The notes beneath the pieces were generated by a model that searched no databases, was not told the DNA's origin, and saw nothing but the letters and a program-made list of their open reading frames with translations. DNA of 62,271 bases from a virus (Duplodnaviria > Caudoviricetes), in IMG/VR virus record IMGVR_UViG_3300032307_000095, positions 1 to 62,271 of that record; one strand, 5' to 3'. Shown in pieces: positions 17,960 to 27,625 of this stretch. Each line of letters opens with the position of its first letter. Position 1 is the first letter of the stretch. A program made the translations under genes and the position numbers.

Positions 17960-20783
17960 CGCTTGGCGCAGGTTGGTCGATGTGGATAAAGTCGAAGTTC
18001 TCGGCGTTGAAGCGCAGCACGCGCACAGCAGGAGACAACACTTTCATGCCCTTGGCCATCCGCTTGTTCGTTGCTTCTTTGAAGGCCCCGGTGGTTGTCA
18101 GCTCTCTGATCGTGTCCTTGTAATTTATCTGGTACTTGACGCAGTAGTCCTTGAAGCTCTTAGCCGCAATGAAGAGTTCTTTTGTGTCTGGCTCGTAACG
18201 TACCAGCAACTCCCCCTTCGGCTCCATAAGAGGCATCGACGACAGGTTTGTCCGAGCGTCGTTCAGACCGTTGACCACAAGCGTGTTTGCCATGTGCGCG
18301 TTGATGTATTCGCCGAGGACGGATGCGGTTGAGTTGAACTCTGCAGGCTTTACGTCGCCGCGCATCTCGTTGAGCATCTTGATCGTCCACTCGTAGATCG
18401 CACGCATGTCGTAGTCGTGGAGCCCGAGGTTCTTGGCGATCAGGCCCCCTGCGATATTGCAAGCTGCTGTGGCCGACCAGAAGCGTTCTTTGGCTGTGAC
18501 CTGCAAGTCTTTGTCGATGCGTGCTTGGACTTTTCGGACCAAGTCGGTTGCCGATTCCAAGTTGTTGACGAGCCACTGCAAGTAGACTTCCCCGGCATGG
18601 CCGAAGTTCTGCATCAACTGGTGGTCGAACATGTGCTTACCCTCGGCTACCGAGATCACCGTGGTGGGGGCAATCTTGTACTCAAGCAGACGCATGTTCT
18701 CGCCGTCGGGGGAGTTCTTGGCCGCACCCAGTTTTTCGTAGAACGATGCGTTCGATGAGGTAAGCGTGATGCCCTGCCACTTGGTGTTGTTGATCCGCAT
18801 CTCGTTGCTCTGCGACTTCATGCGGTCTTTGCCTCGGCCTTGACTGATACCGTAGATCAGGTCGGAGAACTCCATTGCTGGGATGTTCGTGATCTCGTCG
18901 ATCGTATTTGCCAAGTTGTTCATGACACCGAGGCGGAACATCTTGGAGTTGGCTGTGTCTTTCCAGATAGACGCAAGCTCAGAGGGGTGCCCCATGATGC
19001 TGTTGCATACATACAACGTAGTTGACTTGCCCGTACCGGAGTCTTTGTGGATCAGGTTGATGATCGCGCCCTTCATCCCGGTGAACTTGAGCAGCGGAGA
19101 ACCAAAGCCTGTGAGCGCAGCAAACGCATTGGGCTCCAGCCCCGGCCTGTTGTACATGTTGAACACATCTTTCCAAGCGTCCATGTTGCCTTCAGCGCGG
19201 ATGTTGGCCGATATGTCTCTGGTTGTCGCAGACGGAGGGCTGTAGAAAACGCCGTCCTTGGTGATCTCCCGGTCCCCCAGAATGAACTTGCTGTCGTCGT
19301 CGATCCACCCAAATTGTGTCCTCATAATTTCAGCTTTCTTTTTGAACTGCAGGTTCTTGATGAACGTAGTCAGGTAGTTCGACAGAGAAGTCATTTGCTT
19401 CGTAGTCGGCACCACACCGTAATGCGCCAGAACCTCACGTAATTTTTCTTTGACCACGATGGCCGTTGCGGGGACGGCAAACTCTTTGACCCCGTCTTGT
19501 GGAAGGTGCAGTCGCATCAGCGCGACCTCGCCCATCTCTGAATGTTTCATGCGCTTGACCACATACAGGTCGTGCTCGTACACAAGTGTCGGCTCTTCTT
19601 CGTCGTCTTCAGCCTTCTTGTACACACCGCCGTTCTTGCCACGGAAATAAGGAAACGGATACTCTGGAATCCGTACCGTTTCAACTACGCCGTCTTCGTC
19701 TTCCACCTCAACTTCGCCGTCATCGTCGGCTTCAGCTATCTCCATACCCAGAACGATCGGGGACTTGATCTTCCCTTCGTGGGGGCATCCGGTGCAACCG
19801 CTGGGGTTAAGTTTCTTGAACGTAGCGCAGTGGTGCGGGCCACCGCTTTTGTGAATGTTTGCGAGTTTGCGGTCTACCTCGGCAGCGTCGTAGCCTGCGT
19901 ATTGATCTGACAGCTTATGTGCAGCCCACGGACCGTCAATACAGTGTGCAGCGATCGACAGCGCGGAGAACCACAGGGGCTCTTCTATGTCGTTTTGGTT
20001 TTCGTAGCAATGCAGCAGTTGGTTGCATCCGTCGCCTTGGGCCGAGCGGATCATGATGGTCTGAAACTTCTTGACCTTGTTGCCCATCAGGGCTTCCATC
20101 ATAGGGCTGACCGTGCGCGGCAGAAAGTCAGGGATGCTGTCTTTTGGCTCCGGCGCTCCGAGCAGTTCTTTCAGTTCTTCGTACGTGAAGCGGGGGGTGT
20201 CTGTGTTCCACACTTCGACAGGCTTGGGGTTTGCCTTGTCCTTGAAGTTGAACGAGTTCAGTGGGCGCAGTACCCGAGACGCCTCAAACACGGAGGAGTC
20301 AACGATCAGATTGTTTTCTTCGCACAGCTCACGTAGGCGTTGCGACAGTGGCTCCCACTCGCGGCGGGAGATGGTTTTATCAAGCAGCCAGTAGGCGTGT
20401 ATGCCGTTACCAGAGTTGATCAGAATGGGTTTGGGTAGGCCGACTGCCTTGCAAAAACGGGAGAACTCTGTAAGTCCGATCTGTTGGTCGAGATAGCCCT
20501 TGATGATGCCCTTCTCGTCGGGCACGCCCTTTGTGGGGCCGCAGTCGATGTCCATCCACAGTGCCTTGAAGAACTGGGCGTTCTCGTGCGTGCGGTTGTT
20601 CTCGGGGCCAAACTTGGCGCACCCGAAATAGGCATCGATTTTGTTCTGGACGAACTCTTGGATCAGCTCCTCAGCTTCTTCTCTTGTGTCTGCAAACCGC
20701 TGGTCTGCGTACCGACTAATCCCCATCACGCAGTACCGGCCTTCTGGCGGCAGTACCACGTCTAGTAGGTCGAAGTTGTGCAT
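17928..20783 (-). CDS. Primase-helicase (AEP/RepB-like primase + Cys-rich domain + DUF927-like helicase)
   Basis: WMDID and SGNGIHAYW primase motifs; C..HC..CATF..CTGCPH cluster; Walker A GTGKST and Walker B TIDE. Confidence 0.85.
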   Translation of the reverse strand: MHNFDLLDVVLPPEGRYCVMGISRYADQRFADTREEAEELIQEFVQNKIDAYFGCAKFGPENNRTHENAQFFKALWMDIDCGPTKGVPDEKGIIKGYLDQQIGLTEFSRFCKAVGLPKPILINSGNGIHAYWLLDKTISRREWEPLSQRLRELCEENNLIVDSSVFEASRVLRPLNSFNFKDKANPKPVEVWNTDTPRFTYEELKELLGAPEPKDSIPDFLPRTVSPMMEALMGNKVKKFQTIMIRSAQGDGCNQLLHCYENQNDIEEPLWFSALSIAAHCIDGPWAAHKLSDQYAGYDAAEVDRKLANIHKSGGPHHCATFKKLNPSGCTGCPHEGKIKSPIVLGMEIAEADDDGEVEVEDEDGVVETVRIPEYPFPYFRGKNGGVYKKAEDDEEEPTLVYEHDLYVVKRMKHSEMGEVALMRLHLPQDGVKEFAVPATAIVVKEKLREVLAHYGVVPTTKQMTSLSNYLTTFIKNLQFKKKAEIMRTQFGWIDDDSKFILGDREITKDGVFYSPPSATTRDISANIRAEGNMDAWKDVFNMYNRPGLEPNAFAALTGFGSPLLKFTGMKGAIINLIHKDSGTGKSTTLYVCNSIMGHPSELASIWKDTANSKMFRLGVMNNLANTIDEITNIPAMEFSDLIYGISQGRGKDRMKSQSNEMRINNTKWQGITLTSSNASFYEKLGAAKNSPDGENMRLLEYKIAPTTVISVAEGKHMFDHQLMQNFGHAGEVYLQWLVNNLESATDLVRKVQARIDKDLQVTAKERFWSATAACNIAGGLIAKNLGLHDYDMRAIYEWTIKMLNEMRGDVKPAEFNSTASVLGEYINAHMANTLVVNGLNDARTNLSSMPLMEPKGELLVRYEPDTKELFIAAKSFKDYCVKYQINYKDTIRELTTTGAFKEATNKRMAKGMKVLSPAVRVLRFNAENFDFIHIDQPAPSDEDRDSDVSN

Positions 20784-20786
20784 GGG

Positions 20787-21041
20787 TCAGTCTAGCCAGT
20801 TGTGAGTTTTGTTTTTCAGTGCAGCGATGTGCTCGCGGATGTACCCATGCCGAGAAGGGAGGGGAACACCGTCCCCCTTGAACCAGTTGTAAATCGTCAT
20901 ACGGCTTACGCCGAACGCATCTGCTACGCGATCTACACTTATGTTGGCACGGATGCACTCACGGCCCAAGGCCACACCCAGAGACCTAGCACTTGCTTTC
21001 TTGTTCGCTTGCACCAAGCTCTGGCTGTAACCGTGGCTCAT
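20787..21041 (-). CDS. Cro/XRE-like HTH DNA-binding protein
   Basis: VADAFGVSRMTIYNWFKG helix-turn-helix. Confidence 0.8.
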   Translation of the reverse strand: MSHGYSQSLVQANKKASARSLGVALGRECIRANISVDRVADAFGVSRMTIYNWFKGDGVPLPSRHGYIREHIAALKNKTHNWLD

Positions 21042-21043
21042 GA

Positions 21044-21958
21044 TTACTCCTCTTTAGTCCATGCGTCGAGCACAGAGTTCAAGTCCTTCTTAGCCTCGGG
21101 CGCAGGTGCTGCAGCCTTCTTGCTAGGGCGAACTGTTGGCTCGGGCTCGGCGGTCTCCTCGGCAGCTTGGGGCGCAGGAGCAGCGGCTTGGGGCGCAGCC
21201 TTGGGGGCTTCCAACTTCTGCTGACGGCCAGACGCATCCGCTTGGTACGGAGTCATCACGACCATCTTGTGCACTTCAGGCTTCTGCACGGCCACGCTCG
21301 TGACTGCGTACTCGTTCTTGTTGATGAACCGCGCTGGAGTGAACAGCACCGACTGGTTGTCGTTGTCTTCATTGAAGCTGATCTGGGTAACGACGTAGTC
21401 CAAACTCTTGCCGTTGTTGGCCAGATACTTCGCGTAGTTCTCGAACGTGTGCGAGTTGTCGCCACTGCCTTCACCGAACAGAGACTTGGATGCCAAGTTC
21501 ATCTGGTAGACCTCACCCTCAAGCGATGTGCCGAAATCTTCTTCGAGCACAAGAGCCAGTCGGCGGGAGTAGCGGCATGCCTTGGAGTTACCCATGCCAG
21601 AGCCCTTGATGTTTTGGGGGCAGGCATCGCAGCGAGCTGCTTGTGGGTTTTGCGAGCCAGCATCTGGTGTCGCGCCGTCATTGCTGAAGCAGTCAGGTGC
21701 GCTAGGCTCAGCATCTGGAGTCCATTGCTTGACGTAGAAGATACGTCCGACTTTGGGGGATGCGCTGACCACGATGGCATTGAGGTTGCCCTTGATCTTG
21801 CCCATTTCTTCTTTGCCGACGACTTTGCGGAAGATGCCGTTTTTGGGCACGATGCGCTTGACGCCGGAGTTGCCAGCCAGTTGCTTGGTGAGTTCACTGA
21901 CGCCAGCAGTTTGCAGGAAGTCAGGCAGGTTTTGGTCGATCACTGTAATGTTGCTCAT
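21044..21958 (-). CDS. Putative ssDNA-binding/recombination protein
   Basis: In the replication module; Cys cluster (C..CDACP..KAC), Pro/Ala linker and acidic C-tail. Start MSNITV preferred. Confidence 0.6.
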   Translation of the reverse strand: MSNITVIDQNLPDFLQTAGVSELTKQLAGNSGVKRIVPKNGIFRKVVGKEEMGKIKGNLNAIVVSASPKVGRIFYVKQWTPDAEPSAPDCFSNDGATPDAGSQNPQAARCDACPQNIKGSGMGNSKACRYSRRLALVLEEDFGTSLEGEVYQMNLASKSLFGEGSGDNSHTFENYAKYLANNGKSLDYVVTQISFNEDNDNQSVLFTPARFINKNEYAVTSVAVQKPEVHKMVVMTPYQADASGRQQKLEAPKAAPQAAAPAPQAAEETAEPEPTVRPSKKAAAPAPEAKKDLNSVLDAWTKEE

Positions 21959-21959
21959 T

Positions 21960-22391
21960 TCATTTTTCCTTTGCACGTCTAACAACCACGGTATATTGAC
22001 TTTCGACATTCAGCCCTTGCGGGTAAACGTCTGGATTCTCTGAGAGGAAGTCCTTCATGTTGGTTTGATGAAGTCTCTTCTCAAGCAGGCCGAATGCACC
22101 AGTCTCCTCGATGAAGCTGTACATTGAATCCCAATCATTCGTCCAGTACCGTGATTTCACTGAGCGGATGATCGTGCCGTGCGGGGTGCGGATGCTGTCG
22201 GCATCCATGTCTTTGCAGATGTCCAGCATTTTTTCTGCCAGAAGGTTCTGTTGATCTTCGAGGTCTTTGTCTTGAGCCTCGAATTGTTTTTTGAGGTCAG
22301 CGCGGTGGTCGCGAATCTTGATGTAAACCGCAGTCAAATCGCCTACGTTGCGGTCTTCGGAGGGAGTTCCCCCCTGAACTTCGTCGTTCAT
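21960..22391 (-). CDS. Replication-module hypothetical protein (N-terminal coiled coil)
   Basis: RBS AAGGAG; lies downstream of a consensus promoter. Confidence 0.7.
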   Translation of the reverse strand: MNDEVQGGTPSEDRNVGDLTAVYIKIRDHRADLKKQFEAQDKDLEDQQNLLAEKMLDICKDMDADSIRTPHGTIIRSVKSRYWTNDWDSMYSFIEETGAFGLLEKRLHQTNMKDFLSENPDVYPQGLNVESQYTVVVRRAKEK

Positions 22392-22419
22392 GCTAGCTCC
22401 TTCGTGTTGTGGTGGGGTT

Positions 22420-22447
22420 ATTATAGGGCTTCTGTTGACACTGTCAA
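22420..22447 (-). promoter_or_regulatory. Sigma70-type promoter TTGACA-16-TATAAT
   Basis: Plus-strand TGTCAA 22442-22447 and ATTATA 22420-22425. The -35 lies in the palindrome TTGACACTGTCAA. Confidence 0.7.
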
Positions 22448-23830
22448 TAGGTCATCAGAAATTTCTTCGCGGTAGAGGTCAATTATTTTTGAGTGGTTGT
22501 CGATGTTGTTCTGCAACATGTTGTACAGACGCTGCTCAACTGCACTGCCCTTGATGTGCACCACTGTCATATTGTTCTTTTGACCGGGGCGATCGATCCG
22601 TGCGTTGGCTTGCAGATAGGTCTCAACGCTGGAGACGGGAGCGTACCAGATAACAGTGTTAGCCGCAGTCAAGGTTAACCCGTGGGAGGCCGCTTGCGGC
22701 TGGATAATGAGCACCTTTGGATCAGTCTGGTTCTGGAAGCGTTGCACTGCGTCACTGCGCTTGTTCAAGCTCACTTCGCCGTTAATGACGTCGCAGGTTA
22801 TGCCGCTTTTTTCGAGGTGCGTCTTCAGCAGGTTGATGGTGTGCGTGAACGGCACAAAGACGAGCACCTTGTGTGACGACTCCTCGATCACTTCCTGCAC
22901 CACGTTGAGACGGTTTGATACATCAAAATCCACCACCTCGCCCGTGTCGGTGTAGATGGAGCCGCAAGATATTTGCAGCAGCTTGTTGATTGCCACTGCT
23001 GCGTTAATCGCAGAGATTTCTTCTCCACCGGCTTCAATCATGAGCTGCGACTTGAGCTTGTTGTAAAACTTTACTTGTTGCGACGTGAGGGGGGCGTCAC
23101 GCTCTACGAACGTAACTGGTGGCAGGTCAAGACACTGGGCCTTCTCAAACCGAATTGCTGGCTGCAGTGCTTTGTGCACCACATGGATGGCTGTTGGTTT
23201 CGGCACCCACTTGTACATCGTTATCTTGTTCATGACGGAGTCACGAAACTGTCCGAAGAAGGGGGGCACGCCCGTGGGGTTCACGAGTTTTGCCAAGCCA
23301 TACGCATCCGCAGGGGACTGAGCAGCAGGTGTGCCTGTCAGCATCCACAGCCCTTTGACCTTGCGGTTGATGTCACGCAAAATTTTCCAACGGTCTGTCT
23401 GCGCGTTTTTGTACGCAGACGCTTCATCTACGACGATCAGATCGAAGCCGCCATTGATAACCTCGTCTTTGACAATACCGAGCCCGTCGAAATTAATGAC
23501 GACATACTCGGCACTGCCGTTGACGATTTCTTTGCGCTTGGTCCGAGACCCATGAGCTACGGCTACGGTGCGATGCAGAGCAAACTTGAACAGGTCGTTC
23601 TGCCACGCTGACTTCATGATCGACAGGGGGCACACAACCAAGACGCGCTTGATCGCACCCACGCTCATGAGGTAGTCGGTCGCCCAAATCACTGATGCTG
23701 TTTTGCCAGTGCCCTGCTCGTTGAAGCAGAACGCTTTGCGATTACTAACAAGGAACTCGGCAGTTAACTTCTGATGGTCGAACGGTTGAAACCCATGAGG
23801 GCGGGGCCATTCGTATTCTGATAGGTTCAT
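22421..23830 (-). CDS. SNF2-family (SF2) helicase
   Basis: EQGTGKT, VVDEAS, LTGTP, HGLTLT and QANARIDRPGQ motifs. Confidence 0.93.
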   Translation of the reverse strand: MNLSEYEWPRPHGFQPFDHQKLTAEFLVSNRKAFCFNEQGTGKTASVIWATDYLMSVGAIKRVLVVCPLSIMKSAWQNDLFKFALHRTVAVAHGSRTKRKEIVNGSAEYVVINFDGLGIVKDEVINGGFDLIVVDEASAYKNAQTDRWKILRDINRKVKGLWMLTGTPAAQSPADAYGLAKLVNPTGVPPFFGQFRDSVMNKITMYKWVPKPTAIHVVHKALQPAIRFEKAQCLDLPPVTFVERDAPLTSQQVKFYNKLKSQLMIEAGGEEISAINAAVAINKLLQISCGSIYTDTGEVVDFDVSNRLNVVQEVIEESSHKVLVFVPFTHTINLLKTHLEKSGITCDVINGEVSLNKRSDAVQRFQNQTDPKVLIIQPQAASHGLTLTAANTVIWYAPVSSVETYLQANARIDRPGQKNNMTVVHIKGSAVEQRLYNMLQNNIDNHSKIIDLYREEISDDLLTVSTEAL

Positions 23831-24129
23831 TTTGCTTTGCGCTCTCTTGTGCTGGTTTGGGATACGAGGTCGTGGCCGGAGTTGCGTTTGAACGAACGGT
23901 TAGCTGACGCAGATACAGCACGTAGGTTTGACTTGGTTGTCTCGCCGCCGTTGGACAGAGCCTTCTTGTGGTCCACGTCCTTGCCATCGCCTTTGCTGAC
24001 TTTGCCAGCGGCCTCCATGAGTCGCCGCGCTTTGTTGCGCTGGGCTCGCTTCTTCTTGACAGCTTCAGTGCCGTCGTAGTTCTCGTACTCTTTTTTGTAC
24101 GGGCGGGGTTTGTTTACGTAGGGCATCAT
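23827..24129 (-). CDS. Small HNH-motif protein
   Basis: GDGKDVDH..LSNGG..SNLR...ANR. Confidence 0.75.
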   Translation of the reverse strand: MMPYVNKPRPYKKEYENYDGTEAVKKKRAQRNKARRLMEAAGKVSKGDGKDVDHKKALSNGGETTKSNLRAVSASANRSFKRNSGHDLVSQTSTRERKAK

Positions 24130-24791
24130 TCACTCCTGTTGTGCTCACATTGTTTGACCGGACAGAATCGGCACAGCGGTCCAGTCACGGGGTTCCAAAC
24201 ACCATTTTCTAACGCCGCTTCGATCCGATCAAGGTCCGGCACGAATTTGTTCAGGTAGGCTTCCTTCAGGTCGGCGACGTGCTCGGCGCGTACGAACTCT
24301 TTGCTCACCACAAACAGCAGCGCAGACTTGACTCGCTTGATCTTCGGGAAGTGGGCGAACAGGGCCGCAGCTACCAAGTCCAACTGTTGCTTGTCGGCGT
24401 AGCGTGCTGACTTGCTGGTCTTGTAGTCCACAGAGTGCGCGAGCCCCTTCTCCTCCGAGATAACGACGAAGTCGGCGATGCCCCTCCACCACACGTTCGG
24501 TGCGTCAAACTTACAGGGCTCGAAGTCACGGGTCAGGCCAAGCTGCAGCTCTACATGCTTCTCACCGGGTATGGCCGAGAGCGTTTCCACAAACGGACGG
24601 ATGTACTCGAACTTCTCCGGTATTGGCGTGCCGTCTTTGACAAAGTCCTCAGCAGCTTTGTGCACCGCTTGGCCGTACAGCGTGGCCGTGGTTGGCGGGT
24701 CCTTGATGTCCTTTGCCACCTTGAGGTGGTAGTACTTCTTGGGGCACTGCTGAAATGTCTTCAGGCTGCTGTATGACCATGTAACGCTCAT
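24126..24791 (-). CDS. PD-(D/E)xK exonuclease, Cas4/AddB-like
   Basis: SYSSL..CP, G.AVH, RGIAD, DYKT, Q motif and C-terminal CRFC..C. Confidence 0.88.
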   Translation of the reverse strand: MSVTWSYSSLKTFQQCPKKYYHLKVAKDIKDPPTTATLYGQAVHKAAEDFVKDGTPIPEKFEYIRPFVETLSAIPGEKHVELQLGLTRDFEPCKFDAPNVWWRGIADFVVISEEKGLAHSVDYKTSKSARYADKQQLDLVAAALFAHFPKIKRVKSALLFVVSKEFVRAEHVADLKEAYLNKFVPDLDRIEAALENGVWNPVTGPLCRFCPVKQCEHNRSE

Positions 24792-26617
24792 TAACAATCT
24801 CCGTAGCTTTTACCAAAACCGGACTCACAGTTTAGCGGGAGTTCAGGCCCCCATGTAGGGCGTATCTTCATGCAAATCTCGACGTACTCCTGCGCACGTT
24901 CGACTTCCGCCTCGGGCACGATACAGGCGATCGCGTCATGCACCGTCATGACCACTTTGTATTTCTTGGCAACCATAAGCATTTGCTCGCCGATGATGAT
25001 CCGCGCAAGGGCTTGGCACACGTTCTCCACCACCTTGCCGCCGTAGATGCGGTTGGGGATAATGGCTTTGCCCTTCTTGGTGTCGTAGACGTACTCGGGT
25101 TTGCCGTCTTGCTCGTTGGTGGCCCAGCGCAGGTTGGGGTACTTCAAATACAAGCCGTTGGGCAGGCGTATGCCTTTTGTACCTTCTACCTTGAGCAGAC
25201 CGCCTCGGCCCAGCTCGGTCAGTTGGTCGCCGATAACTGCACCAAGGATGTTGTTGGCAGCTCTCCACAGCTCCGTGATCTTCGGATACGTTTGGCGGTA
25301 CGTGGCGATGATGCGTTGAGCTTCTTCCAGTTCAACATCCACGCCAAAGTTTTTGAGCTGCGCCTTGAACTTAGCCGCTCCCATGCCGTACCCCGCCCCA
25401 AGGATCGTCGTTTTACCAACGAACCGTTCGTCTTTCGTAATCTGCGATATATCCTTGCCGTAGATAGCAGATGCCATGATTTTGTATACGTCCTCGCCAC
25501 GATCGAATGCCTCCACCAAGTCGTCTTGCCCAGCTAGCCATGCCAGCGTACGCGCTTCAATCTGCGAAGAGTCTGAGTCGATCATCATGTACCCCGCTGG
25601 GGCAACGATCGCCTTCTTCAGCGGAGAGCTCCTCGGCAGGTTCTGCAGGTTGAGTTTGTCGTCACCACCCCAACGCCCGGTGTGTGCAGCGTAGTAGCGC
25701 AGTGGTACAGGCAGCTTGCCCCTTTCTGCGATAGAGATGAAACGCTCGGTGCGAGTCTCCTCCAGCGTAGACTTTGTGCCAAGCCTAGCAGCCACAAGTG
25801 TCTGTACGTAAACGTCATCATGGTCGAGCAGTGCCTTGAACTCCTCGTCGTTCTTGGCAAAGGCGTAGGTCTCTTTGCCCGTTGCCGCACTGATCTTCAT
25901 CGGGGGCACAACGCCATGCGAACGCAGCAGCTCGGCAAACTTCGGGTTGCTCATCAGCTCTTCTTTGCTGTGCACGATGGTGTCCATCAACGCCTGCTTC
26001 TTCTCACGCACAGATATGATGTGGTCGGCGAGGACTTTCGTGTCCAGCTCCAGCGTGGGCTGTGTGTACATGCGCAGCGTCAAGTCAATCAGGCGCAGCT
26101 CCGTAGCGGGAAAGCCCTGTGCCATGTGTCGGAACAGTTGGTACGTCATGGCAACGTCGTTCTTGCAGTACTCCCCGTACGTGGCTAGGTGCTCCGGCGT
26201 GAAGTCTGCGCGATGGAAGCCCTTGGCATCGTTGACCTCTGTGCCCTTGACGCCGACGTTGTAGTGCTCCGCAAGTACCTTCAAGCTGCCGCCCACCTCG
26301 GTGCCGTGCAGTGCACGCCCCATGCTCAGCGTGTCGAGCAAGCCCTTGGGGTGTATGTCAAACAGCCAGCCCATGATGGCTCCGTCGAATGCCGTGTTGT
26401 GCGCCAACATCAGCGAGTTCTCCCAGTCGTACTGCTTGAGGAACTTCTCGGTCTGCAGCATGGAGCCGCTAAACCAAACTGGCTCGCCGTCATCCTCCTG
26501 CACTGATACGCCGATCACTTCAAACTCGGGGCCGCGCACGTACTCCTCGGTGGTCATGCGACTCAGGCTGTACTCGGTGGAGTAGAAGGTCTCGAAATCG
26601 AGTGTGATGATTTTCAT
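24791..26617 (-). CDS. polA: Family A DNA polymerase with 3'-5' exonuclease
   Basis: DFET, AHN..FD, NLQNLP, motif A DSSQIEAR, motif B RFVGKTTILGAGYG, motif C VHD. Confidence 0.96.
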   Translation of the reverse strand: MKIITLDFETFYSTEYSLSRMTTEEYVRGPEFEVIGVSVQEDDGEPVWFSGSMLQTEKFLKQYDWENSLMLAHNTAFDGAIMGWLFDIHPKGLLDTLSMGRALHGTEVGGSLKVLAEHYNVGVKGTEVNDAKGFHRADFTPEHLATYGEYCKNDVAMTYQLFRHMAQGFPATELRLIDLTLRMYTQPTLELDTKVLADHIISVREKKQALMDTIVHSKEELMSNPKFAELLRSHGVVPPMKISAATGKETYAFAKNDEEFKALLDHDDVYVQTLVAARLGTKSTLEETRTERFISIAERGKLPVPLRYYAAHTGRWGGDDKLNLQNLPRSSPLKKAIVAPAGYMMIDSDSSQIEARTLAWLAGQDDLVEAFDRGEDVYKIMASAIYGKDISQITKDERFVGKTTILGAGYGMGAAKFKAQLKNFGVDVELEEAQRIIATYRQTYPKITELWRAANNILGAVIGDQLTELGRGGLLKVEGTKGIRLPNGLYLKYPNLRWATNEQDGKPEYVYDTKKGKAIIPNRIYGGKVVENVCQALARIIIGEQMLMVAKKYKVVMTVHDAIACIVPEAEVERAQEYVEICMKIRPTWGPELPLNCESGFGKSYGDC

Positions 26618-27006
26618 TTGGAGCTTCCGTTTCCGTACAGTACACGGGGGTCAACGTGTTGCCGGTACTGGGCTAGTTGTTGCTGTATCTGCATGTCAAG
26701 CTGGGCGTGTTGATGCAGAGCTGTCGTAAAGTTACCGTGGGTTGAGAGGCCCCACTTATCTTTCGGTGTCGGGTTAATCACTTCGTTGGTGATAAGGCTC
26801 AGCAACTCACGGCGCTTTTGGGTCTTCTTGAACTTGGCCCACTCTTTGTCCAGCACCTTGCGTTCGGCCCAAGTGAAACCATGCTTCATTTCTACCAAGT
26901 CTCTCCACCTGCTGCCATACTCAAAGTCTTCGGGCCGCTCGTGCATACGCGCAACCATGACGCGCACTTCGGATGCGCAGAAACGGATAAGGAATTTCTC
27001 GACCAT
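26614..27006 (-). CDS. Hypothetical protein, paralog of 27006-27332
   Basis: ARMHERPEDF..RWR motif shared with the neighbouring gene. Confidence 0.7.
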   Translation of the reverse strand: MVEKFLIRFCASEVRVMVARMHERPEDFEYGSRWRDLVEMKHGFTWAERKVLDKEWAKFKKTQKRRELLSLITNEVINPTPKDKWGLSTHGNFTTALHQHAQLDMQIQQQLAQYRQHVDPRVLYGNGSSK

Positions 27007-27332
27007 CAGAAAATCCCCCGTTTGATTAGTCCGCCCTCGGCTTTGGGTATTGCTTGGTTGTAGTACTCTTTTTTTATCGCTTGTTCTTTCTCGTCCTCTT
27101 CGCCTCGGAGCACTGTGGCTGCTGCCCTAGATGTAATCTCCAGACGTCGAACTTCTTTGAGGCCTTCAAAGATAGCGGCCTTCTCGATCTCAGTCATCAC
27201 CTCGCGCAGTGTGTCCTTGAAAATCCACCGCCACCGACCACCATCATCAAAGAATTCTTCGGGGTTGGTCTTCATACGGTTCAGGATGATCTGCACGCCG
27301 TTGTTCAGGTCGTAGTCTTCTTTGTCGCTCAT
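27006..27332 (-). CDS. Hypothetical protein (start MSDKEDY)
   Basis: NRMKTNPEEF..RWR; ATGA overlap with the VRR-NUC gene. Confidence 0.7.
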   Translation of the reverse strand: MSDKEDYDLNNGVQIILNRMKTNPEEFFDDGGRWRWIFKDTLREVMTEIEKAAIFEGLKEVRRLEITSRAAATVLRGEEDEKEQAIKKEYYNQAIPKAEGGLIKRGIF

Positions 27333-27625
27333 TGCATGCACTCCGCTATTACGTTTTTGAGGTAGTCGAGGTTGGTCTCGTTGATGATGCAGGCGTACCC
27401 GCCAGCTTTGTTGACTTGGTCGAGGTTCTTGAGTTGGAGGGCCGTTGCTAAGCCCTTGCCTGCCTTGGCTTCGATCGCCACAAACTTGCCGTTCACACAG
27501 CACAGGAAGTCGGGCACGCCGCTGTTGCCGTAGCCAGTGCCGATAGGCATGGCGTAGTAGACGTTGTGTTCTTTGAGTATGGCCTTGATCTTGGCCTTGA
27601 CCTTGGCCTCTGGGGTCGTAGCCAT
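27329..27625 (-). CDS. VRR-NUC nuclease / Holliday junction resolvase-like
   Basis: PEAKVK, GVPDF, AIEAKA, T.LQ motifs. Confidence 0.88.
   Translation of the reverse strand: MATTPEAKVKAKIKAILKEHNVYYAMPIGTGYGNSGVPDFLCCVNGKFVAIEAKAGKGLATALQLKNLDQVNKAGGYACIINETNLDYLKNVIAECMQ

Noticed and set aside
23827-24129. Small HNH gene as a fourth homing endonuclease
   Set aside because: Compact, no extra DNA-binding domain and no duplicated flanking codons; more likely a resident replication-module gene.
24126-24791. Cas4-like gene as evidence of a CRISPR system
   Set aside because: It is a stand-alone exonuclease in a replication module; no array or other cas genes.
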